From: Prochlorococcus marinus str. NATL2A
GTDB lineage: Bacteria; Cyanobacteriota; Cyanobacteriia; PCC-6307; Cyanobiaceae
Direction: 5' to 3'
Length of the DNA: 32,000 bases
Assembly: GCF_000012465.1 (NCBI RefSeq)
Contig: NC_007335.2
Coordinates: 1,590,001 to 1,622,000, forward strand
The notes below the pieces were generated by a model, which was given only the letters and a program-made list of their open reading frames with translations, did not search any database and was not told the DNA's origin. This document shows, in pieces, positions 1 to 7,076 of this stretch. Position numbers and translations under genes: made by a program. Every line of letters begins with the position of its first letter. Position 1 is the stretch's first letter.

Positions 1-424
1 AATCTATCAGTCTCTAATTTCTAAAGGCGAGTAAATAATTATTCTAAAGACGAGCAAAATCAAATGATATCACAAGGCCTTTACTTAAATCTTTCAGTCA
101 AAAATGATTACTTACCTTAATTAATTGAGAAGTATTCATAACATTTATGATGTCCAAAGCGTATAGGAGTGCTGTGCTTCTTCAAGCATTTCTAAAACTT
201 CTTGCTTACAAGCACATGATATTTGAGCAAGCAAGCAGATCATTTGGTAGGTTATTTTCTAATGCCGTATGAGATGAACAAAACCGCCTACAAAGTTGAT
301 AATAATTTTGAGCGAGAGAAAGAAGGAAATCCTATCTCTCTTGGAGTAGAAGCACCTTCTTTGTAGGTCCTTTTTTAATGCCTTAAGTAATAAACAGACC
401 ACACATATCCACCCAATAAACTTC

Positions 425-522
425 AATCCCCCTCAGACGCAGCAAAAATCCCCCTCAACGAGCGTGAAACCGATTGACATATCAGAGATCTCTCTCCTAG
501 TGAGTTCTCAAAATCCCCCTCG
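425..522 (+). repeat. Three same-orientation copies of the 11-mer AATCCCCCTC(A/G), at 425-435, 447-457 and 512-522
   Basis: Read directly from the sequence. The same 11-mer occurs twice more at 1606-1628. The context is non-coding, just left of att-like scar B. Confidence 0.85.
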
Positions 523-620
523 CACTTTTCGTTCTGTATGGCACACTAAGGGACCGCTTGAAACTCTTAAACTTTCAAAACCATTACTACGACTGTATTC
601 TTGCTTTTTCTGGGAACGCC

Positions 621-658
621 TGAAACGCTCTGAAACTAATTAAGAACGGAGAGGGAGG
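621..658 (-). repeat. att-like scar B: partial copy of the tRNA-Ser 3' end (645-658, AACGGAGAGGGAGG) plus about 26 nt of flanking homology
   Basis: 645-658 is identical to 8575-8588 at the real tRNA 3' end. 621-646 matches 8551-8576 at 20 of 26 positions. Confidence 0.8.
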
Positions 659-726
659 ACTTTTGAGTGACACCAAGTGGACTGTGGTGAAGCAGCATTA
701 CGCAAGGAGATGGGATTTTTGGGTTA

Positions 727-750
727 TTCCACCCAACATTCCACCCAACA
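727..750 (+). repeat. Perfect tandem duplication of the 12-mer TTCCACCCAACA
   Basis: Read directly. A related TCCACCCAA occurs at 408-416. The context is non-coding, just right of scar B. Confidence 0.85.
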
Positions 751-860
751 CAATTCAAATGTTATTTAAGGAGCACGATTACACTCTAAAATATACCTTC
801 AAAATGAAGTGAGGGTCTCAAGGTCGCTGAAGCAGCAGGATCCCTTTCTTAATGCAAAAA

Positions 861-1031
861 TTAAGGTTTCCAATACTCATCCCATTCATCCTGAAGTTCT
901 TTCTGCGATAAAGAGTTGTAGAAACCTCTCCACTTCTTTTCTGAATTTGCGTCAGTTGCACTCAATGACACCATTAGATCTATTGCTTCTTCTTTGGTAA
1001 AGGATTTGCCTTGATTTGATTTGAATATCAC
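861..1031 (-). CDS. Small hypothetical protein, 56 aa, GTG start; below the ORF-track size cutoff
   Basis: Hand translation gives VIFKSNQGKSFTKEEAIDLMVSLSATDANSEKKWRGFYNSLSQKELQDEWDEYWKP*. The GTG directly abuts the stop codon of the upstream 76-aa ORF, and the composition is hydrophilic and protein-like. No family recognised. Confidence 0.3.
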   Translation of the reverse strand: MIFKSNQGKSFTKEEAIDLMVSLSATDANSEKKWRGFYNSLSQKELQDEWDEYWKP

Positions 1032-1262
1032 TTACGAAGCAATCTCCTCCCAAGGATCACGTGAAGATAGTTCCTTGAATGGTATCAATTTAAAATCACC
1101 TCTCCTGATACCACTACAGATCAATCCATCTGGATGTTCTCTCTTAAATATTTCAACTGCATCTTCTTTTCGTTCTGATGGAATAGTGACTTTATAAATC
1201 ACATCACCTGAATCACGAATCTTATAAACAAAAATCCAATTATATTCTTTACTATCCATCAT
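1032..1262 (-). CDS. Small hypothetical protein, 76 aa
   Basis: ATG-initiated ORF with balanced composition. It lies in an approximately 870-bp segment bounded by att-like scars B and C. No family recognised. Confidence 0.45.
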   Translation of the reverse strand: MMDSKEYNWIFVYKIRDSGDVIYKVTIPSERKEDAVEIFKREHPDGLICSGIRRGDFKLIPFKELSSRDPWEEIAS

Positions 1263-1473
1263 CAGTTCATGCTGACTAACTTTGTTTTAACTCACTTTGG
1301 TCTGATGAACCAATTACACAAATGGAAACAGGTGTTTTCTCTCATGTTCCAATGATTTTGTTTAATTAGAAATGGGTTGGAGTTCTAGCACTTGTCTTCC
1401 CGTAGGTCAGGGAAGTGGTTAGTTAAAGGGAATCGGATTGTTCACATGGATACACAAGTGCTGAACTTAAATT

Positions 1474-1503
1474 GAAGTGGGCAACCAAAATCTTGCCCAC
1501 TTC
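1474..1503 (+). other. Perfect 10-bp stem hairpin (GAAGTGGGCA, 10-nt loop, TGCCCACTTC) followed by TTT
   Basis: Read directly. It sits about 20 nt left of att-like scar C in non-coding DNA. It could be a terminator or an element-end structure. Confidence 0.5.
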
Positions 1504-1515
1504 TTTAATGGAAGA

Positions 1516-1535
1516 AATTAAGAACGGAGAGGGAG
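1516..1535 (-). repeat. att-like scar C: second partial copy of the tRNA-Ser 3' end with flank
   Basis: The 20 nt AATTAAGAACGGAGAGGGAG are identical to 638-657. A further degenerate copy (AAGAACGGGACGGAACGGG) lies at about 1555-1573. Confidence 0.8.
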
Positions 1536-1589
1536 TAATTCCCATTAGAGCAAAAAAGAACGGGACGGAACGGGTTGGGAATAGTTGTT

Positions 1590-1628
1590 GAGGGGAGAGC
1601 GGAAAAATCCCCCTCAAAATCCCCCTCA
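1590..1628 (+). repeat. Two tandem AATCCCCCTCA copies (1606-1616, 1618-1628) preceded by an inverted partial copy TGAGGGGA (1590-1597)
   Basis: Read directly. It lies 30-70 bp upstream of the TPR-GT9 gene start, so it could be a recombinase or regulator binding site, or form a hairpin. Confidence 0.75.
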
Positions 1629-1658
1629 TTAGAAAAATATTAATTAAAAGCTATTATA

Positions 1659-3704
1659 TTGAATTGTAGAATTACTGAACTTGTAAGTTCGAAAAAAGTT
1701 TTGACATCTCGTGATAAAGATCAAGGAAAAAAGAAAATCAAGAATGTTAAAACATACCCAGTTCCATTCACTTTAGAAGAAAAAAAGGAAAATATTACTA
1801 TTAATACAAACACGCCTTCTCAACCTTCTAAAGAACAAATAATCAATCAAGCAATTGAATTTCATTCACAAGGAAATATTCCAGAAGCGGCAAAATATTA
1901 TAAAAATTTCATCAATAAAGGATTCAAAGATGAGAGAGCTTTTTCTAATTATGGAGTCATATTAAAAAGTCTTGGTAAATTAAAAGAAGCAGAAATATCA
2001 ACTCGTAAAGCAATTGAAATTAAACCTGATTTCGCAAAGGCTCATTACAATCTGGGAAATATATTGAATGATCTGGGTAAATTAAAAGAAGCAGAAATAT
2101 CAACTCGTAAAGCAATTGAAATTAAACCTGATTACGCAGATGCTTATTCCAATTTGGGAAATATATTGAATGATCTGGGCAAATTACAAGAGGCAGAATT
2201 GTCATATCGCAAAGCAATTGAAATTAAACCTGATTACGCAGAGGCTCATTACAATTTGGGAAACTTATTGAAAGAGCTAGGCAAATTACAAGAAGCAGAA
2301 TTGTCATATCGCAAAGCAATTGAAATTAAACCTGATTTCGCAGAGGCTCATTACAATCTGGGAAATATATTGAATGATCTGGGCAAATTACAAGAGGCAG
2401 AATTGTCATATCGCAAAGCAATTGAAATTAAACCTGATTTCGCAGAGGCTCATTACAATCTGGGAAATATATTGAATGATCTGGGCAAATTACAAGAGGC
2501 AGAATTGTCATATCGCAAAGCGATTGAAATTAAACCTGATTTCGCTGAGGCTCATTACAATTTGGGAAACTTATTGAAAGAGCTAGGCAAATTACAAGAA
2601 GCAGAATTGTCATATCGCAAAGCGATTGAAATTAAACCTGATTTCGCTGAGGCTCATTACAATTTGGGAAACTTATTGAAAGAGCTAGGCAAATTACAAG
2701 AAGCAGAATTGTCATATCGCAAAGCGATTGAAATTAAACCTGATTACGCAGAGGCATTTTGGAATCTTTCATTACTTGAACTACTTCAAGGTGACTATAA
2801 AAATGGTCTAGAAAACTATGAATTTAGATTCAAAAAAAAGAAGCCTGCTATTCCTCACTGTAAGACAAAAGTCCAAAGGATAAATAATCAAAAACTACAA
2901 AAAGGAGAAAAGCTCTTAGTCATTAGCGAACAAGGTTTAGGCGATACTCTTCAATATATGAGATATATTCCTTACCTTAGAAATCAAGAACTCAAAATTT
3001 CTTTTTGTGCTCAAACAAAACTACATTCATTGATCCAAGCCTCAGGGATTGATCAGAATCCATTAACGCCAGAACAAGCTGAGACAATTTCAGAAGGGCA
3101 ATGGAGTTCATTATTATCTTTACCTAGATATCTAGAGATAAATCCCCAAAAACCAATCATTTCTGAACCATATATCTTTTCCACTAATCAACTAAAAAAG
3201 AAATGGAAAAACATACTCTCTAAAGAGAAAAGACCAATCATTGGTATTAACTGGCAAGGGAATCCAAATATGGAAAAGACTTATCAAGGACGATCAATTC
3301 CTCTTGAAACTTTTGCCACTCTTGCTAGGAACAATAATTTTAAATTACTTTCACTACAAAAAGGTTTTGGTTCAGAGCAACTTGAAAAATGCTCTTTCAG
3401 AAATAAGTTTGTTAACTGCCAAGCTCAAATTGATGAGACTTGGGATTTTCTTGAAAATGCTGCCATAATTGAGAACTGTGATTTAATCATTACTTGTGAT
3501 ACTTCGATTGCTCATTTAGCTGGAGGAATGGGTAAAAAAGTTTGGTTACTGCTAAAAGATATTCCTTTTTGGACTTGGGGACTTGAAAGGGAGAATACAT
3601 TTTGGTATCCATCGATGAGATTATTCCGTCAAAAAGAGCGAAATAATTGGCAAGAGGTTATGGAGAGAGTATTAATGGAAATTACAAAAGAAAAAAATTA
3701 CTAA
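1659..3704 (+). CDS. TPR-repeat protein with a C-terminal GT9-like (heptosyltransferase-like) glycosyltransferase domain
   Basis: Eight consecutive 34-aa TPR units of the form (HYNLGN.L..LGKL.EAE.SYRKAIEIKPD.AEA). C-terminal motifs EQGLGDTLQYMRYIPYL, CDTSIAHLAGGMGKKVWLLL and WYPSMRLFRQ are typical of TPR-fused GT9-like proteins. There is no ATG near the 5' end. The start is TTG at 1659 or, by alignment with the paralog, TTG at 1701. Confidence 0.8.
   Translation: MNCRITELVSSKKVLTSRDKDQGKKKIKNVKTYPVPFTLEEKKENITINTNTPSQPSKEQIINQAIEFHSQGNIPEAAKYYKNFINKGFKDERAFSNYGVILKSLGKLKEAEISTRKAIEIKPDFAKAHYNLGNILNDLGKLKEAEISTRKAIEIKPDYADAYSNLGNILNDLGKLQEAELSYRKAIEIKPDYAEAHYNLGNLLKELGKLQEAELSYRKAIEIKPDFAEAHYNLGNILNDLGKLQEAELSYRKAIEIKPDFAEAHYNLGNILNDLGKLQEAELSYRKAIEIKPDFAEAHYNLGNLLKELGKLQEAELSYRKAIEIKPDFAEAHYNLGNLLKELGKLQEAELSYRKAIEIKPDYAEAFWNLSLLELLQGDYKNGLENYEFRFKKKKPAIPHCKTKVQRINNQKLQKGEKLLVISEQGLGDTLQYMRYIPYLRNQELKISFCAQTKLHSLIQASGIDQNPLTPEQAETISEGQWSSLLSLPRYLEINPQKPIISEPYIFSTNQLKKKWKNILSKEKRPIIGINWQGNPNMEKTYQGRSIPLETFATLARNNNFKLLSLQKGFGSEQLEKCSFRNKFVNCQAQIDETWDFLENAAIIENCDLIITCDTSIAHLAGGMGKKVWLLLKDIPFWTWGLERENTFWYPSMRLFRQKERNNWQEVMERVLMEITKEKNY
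1941..2756 (+). repeat. Tandem array of eight 102-bp units encoding the TPR repeats, including perfect duplications
   Basis: 2296-2397 equals 2398-2499, and 2500-2601 equals 2602-2703, both read as identical. The other units differ at a few bases. Confidence 0.9.
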
Positions 3705-3718
3705 AAAAGTTAAATTCA

Positions 3719-3749
3719 GTTTTTAGCACACGTATTTTGTACTAAAAAC
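3719..3749. terminator. Hairpin between the convergent TPR genes (GTTTTTAG, 15-nt loop, CTAAAAAC); probably a bidirectional terminator
   Basis: Perfect 8-bp inverted repeat in the 124-bp spacer between two convergent stop codons. The flanks are A/T-rich. Confidence 0.45.
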
Positions 3750-3828
3750 CTTATCTATTGACCTGATTCATTACTTTTGAAAGTGTTGGTATGTTTTTTC
3801 AAACTTTTCCCAGTTCTATAAGTTTGTT

Positions 3829-5886
3829 TTATAAGGTTATGTCTTGATATCTATCAGTTTGAGTAAGGATTTCAATAGCAGGTTTCAGCATATCTTTGTA
3901 GTTCTTCCATCCACCAATTGATTTTGAATTAATTGGGGAACGAACTTGAACATTGCTTGCTGTTGAAACTGAGCGTGGATTAAGATGAGGCGATAGATAT
4001 TTATCTTCCCATTTCCAACCTAACCAAGAGATCAAAGATTTGATTTCTTTATTTGGATTGCTAACTAATGAGTCATAATTTAAGTCATAAATTGTTGATT
4101 TAAATCTATTCTTATATTGAGTCATAATTTCTTCTTGATCTAGATAAATTCTTACGCAATCAACTAGGGATGAGGAATATTCATTTCCTTTAGCAAAATG
4201 TGTTCGGTAAATTGAAAGAATATTATCTAAAGGATTTCTATAGCAGTGAATAATTTTTGCGTTTGGTATTCTTTTAGCAATAATACCTGTGTATTGATAA
4301 TTATATAAGTTTTTATTAGTTGCAATGTTCAACTCAGTATGATTATTTACTTTTTCCCCATAAAGTTCAGCAAAATTTGCATCTTTTTTAGACTTCTTAT
4401 ACTCTAGAAAAGATTCCTCTAGAATATTAATTTCACCTAGATCACATACTTCATTGTTCATACTAAGAATTGATTCCAATAATGTAGAACCACTTCTAGG
4501 CATTCCGACAATGAAAATACTCTCAGGAGAATTTCTGGGTTCTTTTTTATTAATTTCATTTTTATTAGATTCAATAAATAATGCCTGAGACTTACTTAAT
4601 AACTTATTAGATTCAGATGGTTTAATAGCAAGTTTTAATTCATTCGCCAAATCAAGATATGTAGAACTCTCTTCGTATTGTTTTTCCTTATGAAGAATAT
4701 TTGCTCTTGCAAAGTAAATATAAACTTGATCTTCTTGGGATTTATTAATTAAGATATTTTTAGAAAAGAGTTGATCCTGCCATATATTATTCTCATCAGA
4801 ATATTTAATTAATGATATTGAATAGTATGCTATTGCGTAATCAGGTTTGATTTTAATTGCTTTGCGGCATGACAATTCTGCTTCTTCTAATTTGCCAAGA
4901 TCTTTCAATATGATTCCCAGATTGTAATGAGCATTGGCGAAATCAGGATTAAGTTCAATTGCTTTGCGGTATGACAATTCTGCTTCTTGTAATTTGCCTA
5001 GTTCTTTCAATAAGACTCCCAAATTGTAATGAGAGTCTGCGTAATCAGGTTTGATTTTAATTGCTTTGCGGCATGACAATTCTGCTTCTTCTAATTTGCC
5101 AAGATCTTTCAATATGATTCCCAGATTGTAATGAGCATTGGCGAAATCAGGATTCAGTTCAATTGCTTTGCGGTATGACAATTCTGCTTCTTCTAATTTG
5201 CCTAGTTCTTTCAATAAGACTCCCAAATTGTAATGAGCGTCTGCGAAATCAGGATTAAGTTCAATTGTTTTGCGATATGACAATTCTGCTTCTTGTAATT
5301 TGCCAAGATCTTTTAATATGTTTCCCAGATTGGAATGTGCTTCTGCGAAATTAGGGTTAAGTTCAATTGCTTTGCAGTATGACAATTCTGCTTCTTCTAA
5401 TTTGCCAAGATCACTCAATATGATTCCCAAATTGTAATGTGCTTCTGCGAAATCAGGATTCAGTTCAATTGCTTTGCGGTATGACAATTCTGCTTCTTCT
5501 AATTTACCAAGATCACTCAATATGATTCCCAGATTTAAATGCGCTTTTGCGTAATCAGGTTTAATTTCAATTGCTTTGCGAGTAGATAATTCTGCTTCTT
5601 GTAATTTGCCTAGACTTTTTAAAATTATTCCATAATTAGAAAAAACCCTGTGATCTTTGAAAACTTTATCAATAAAATATTGATAAAGTTTTGCTGCTTC
5701 TGAAATATTGCCTTGTGAATGAAACTTCAATGCTTGATTAATTATTTGTTCTTTAGACGGTTTGGAAGGAGTGTTCGTAGTAATAGTAATATTTTTTTTG
5801 ATTTCTCCTAAAGCAAATGGAACGGAGAATGTTTTTATTTCAGTGACTTTTTTCTTTACTTCTCCATCTTGACTAGAAAGATCCAT
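3829..5886 (-). CDS. TPR-repeat protein with a C-terminal sulfotransferase domain
   Basis: The N-terminal leader and eight TPR units are paralogous to the 1659-3704 protein. The C-terminal domain has the PAPS-binding-type motif IFIVGMPRSGSTLLESIL, plus HCYRNPLDN and RSVSTASNVQVRSPINSKSIGGWKNY, typical of bacterial TPR-sulfotransferase fusions. Confidence 0.8.
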   Translation of the reverse strand: MDLSSQDGEVKKKVTEIKTFSVPFALGEIKKNITITTNTPSKPSKEQIINQALKFHSQGNISEAAKLYQYFIDKVFKDHRVFSNYGIILKSLGKLQEAELSTRKAIEIKPDYAKAHLNLGIILSDLGKLEEAELSYRKAIELNPDFAEAHYNLGIILSDLGKLEEAELSYCKAIELNPNFAEAHSNLGNILKDLGKLQEAELSYRKTIELNPDFADAHYNLGVLLKELGKLEEAELSYRKAIELNPDFANAHYNLGIILKDLGKLEEAELSCRKAIKIKPDYADSHYNLGVLLKELGKLQEAELSYRKAIELNPDFANAHYNLGIILKDLGKLEEAELSCRKAIKIKPDYAIAYYSISLIKYSDENNIWQDQLFSKNILINKSQEDQVYIYFARANILHKEKQYEESSTYLDLANELKLAIKPSESNKLLSKSQALFIESNKNEINKKEPRNSPESIFIVGMPRSGSTLLESILSMNNEVCDLGEINILEESFLEYKKSKKDANFAELYGEKVNNHTELNIATNKNLYNYQYTGIIAKRIPNAKIIHCYRNPLDNILSIYRTHFAKGNEYSSSLVDCVRIYLDQEEIMTQYKNRFKSTIYDLNYDSLVSNPNKEIKSLISWLGWKWEDKYLSPHLNPRSVSTASNVQVRSPINSKSIGGWKNYKDMLKPAIEILTQTDRYQDITL
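4828..5643 (-). repeat. TPR-coding array of eight 102-bp units with a 204-bp higher-order repeat
   Basis: 4835-5038 and 5039-5242 are near-identical, with about 3 mismatches by eye. The array is inverted relative to the 1941-2756 array. Confidence 0.85.
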
Positions 5887-5983
5887 CTTCTCTTATCTTT
5901 TCTCTCTTTTGATTCTTCCGATTTTACTACTTAAGTAAAGCGGATACTTGAAATTGGTTAGTGTCCTGAAGATGCTTGAATCC

Positions 5984-6334
5984 TTATCCCTTAGATCTTG
6001 ATTGGTGGTGCTTGCAATTCCTGTTCTTAAAAACTTTTTGCCACCTTTCATCCCAATTGCCCTGAATACTTTGACTCCCGTAAGTTCCAATAATATTTCC
6101 TAAGCACATTGCAGCAGTCTTCCCCCTCGCCTCATATGCACATACTGGACACTGAAGAATCCAAGTACCCTTAGTTCCCTTGATGATCCTTGCTTGCTTT
6201 CTATCCGCACACTTTGCATGATGTTTTGCACAAGTAGGACATTTAACTTGCCAACAAAAATCTATTTTATTCCATACACCTGATAACTCCAAAGCAATAT
6301 CTCTTGCGAAGGAGTCCTGATCAACTCTATGCAT
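5984..6334 (-). CDS. Cys-rich hypothetical protein with a possible zinc ribbon (CPTC...C and CPVC...C)
   Basis: 116-aa ATG ORF with two CxxC pairs spaced like a zinc ribbon. It lies directly upstream of, and on the same strand as, the TPR-sulfotransferase gene. Its 3' end overlaps a second-frame ORF (5893-6090). Confidence 0.45.
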   Translation of the reverse strand: MHRVDQDSFARDIALELSGVWNKIDFCWQVKCPTCAKHHAKCADRKQARIIKGTKGTWILQCPVCAYEARGKTAAMCLGNIIGTYGSQSIQGNWDERWQKVFKNRNCKHHQSRSKG

Positions 6335-6571
6335 TATTTTTATCTCTAATGTTTATAAGTAATTAACTTATTAGGCTAACCATGTTGTTACATTATGTTA
6401 ACACGAATGTACATTTCTGTCAACTCAAGACTACATAACAAATGAGATGGTGATGATGCTTTAGAGACTCTAAGTGTCCTTTTGTTTCCGCAAACGAAAA
6501 AGAAAGCATAAATAAAGTATGCGGAGCAATCTGTGTAAGACGTAGAGATATCAACTGAACAAAACTCAATA

Positions 6572-6769
6572 ATGACATCAGCAACATATTCACCAACAAA
6601 AATAAACAGAATACATAAACAAAAACCTCTATCAAACAATGTTCATATGGTTCTTACTGATGAGGAACTTGAAATGGAAACCAACATTAGAGAACTAACA
6701 AATACACCAAAGAGAACAGACTTGTATAAAAAATGCTTGAAGTCTATGGATGACTTATTACGCAAATAA
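6572..6769 (+). CDS. Small hypothetical protein (65 aa, or 40 aa from the ATG at 6647)
   Basis: The + strand is purine/A-rich here and the translation is hydrophilic. The antisense ORFs are hydrophobic low-complexity shadows. No family recognised. Confidence 0.3.
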   Translation: MTSATYSPTKINRIHKQKPLSNNVHMVLTDEELEMETNIRELTNTPKRTDLYKKCLKSMDDLLRK

Positions 6770-6787
6770 AAATTGAAAAGATAGAAC

Positions 6788-6970
6788 ATGAGTAAGCAAG
6801 CAATTATCAATACAAATACAGACACAAGACTGAATAAAGCATTAGTTCAAATCAACAAGAATGCATCTAGCAGTATCAACAGTGAACCAATGAAGAAGAA
6901 TGCACTAATTGATTCACTACTTAATGCTGCAATGGATAAAATGGTGCGAGATAAGAAGATCAAACTATAG
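6788..6970 (+). CDS. Small hypothetical protein, 60 aa; a possible ribbon-helix-helix-like fold is speculative
   Basis: ATG ORF 19 nt after the previous stop. An intrinsic terminator lies about 105 nt downstream at 7077-7103. The translation is hydrophilic. Confidence 0.4.
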   Translation: MSKQAIINTNTDTRLNKALVQINKNASSSINSEPMKKNALIDSLLNAAMDKMVRDKKIKL

Positions 6971-7076
6971 TAAATTTTTGGAACCTTAGTAACCTACAAA
7001 CGCCCCAAAACGAGCAAGAGATATTAAACAAATAAAAAAAATTCCAGTTGGAAAAAATCATAAAATAAGTTTGCAA

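Noticed and set aside
19-58. Direct repeat TTCTAAAGGCGAGTAAA / TTCTAAAGACGAGCAAA, 15 of 17 nt identical, 23 nt apart
   Set aside because: It is short, AT-rich and at the window edge. It cannot be told apart from chance or from part of a feature that is cut off, so it is only mentioned within the non-coding-region finding.
809-1000. 63-aa + strand ORF
   Set aside because: It is antisense to a more protein-like minus-strand ORF (861-1031) that abuts the 76-aa ORF. Its translation is Leu/Ser-rich. Neither is proven, but the + strand ORF is the less likely one.
1423-1629. 68-aa minus-strand ORF
   Set aside because: It runs straight through att-like scar C, the degenerate tRNA-end copies and the AATCCCCCTCA repeats. 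Its Pro/Phe/Leu-rich translation is what those repeats produce by chance.
1941-2756. Regular 102-bp repeats that might look like a CRISPR array or satellite
   Set aside because: The period is 102 bp with no unique spacers. The repeats are in frame inside a long ORF and translate to canonical 34-aa TPR units. They are therefore coding tandem repeats.
6388-6825. Minus-strand ORFs 6388-6639, 6420-6635 and 6643-6825
   Set aside because: Their translations are hydrophobic low-complexity (Phe/Leu/Ile/Cys-rich), as expected from reading the pyrimidine-rich antisense of an A-rich strand. They also overlap each other and the more plausible + strand ORFs.
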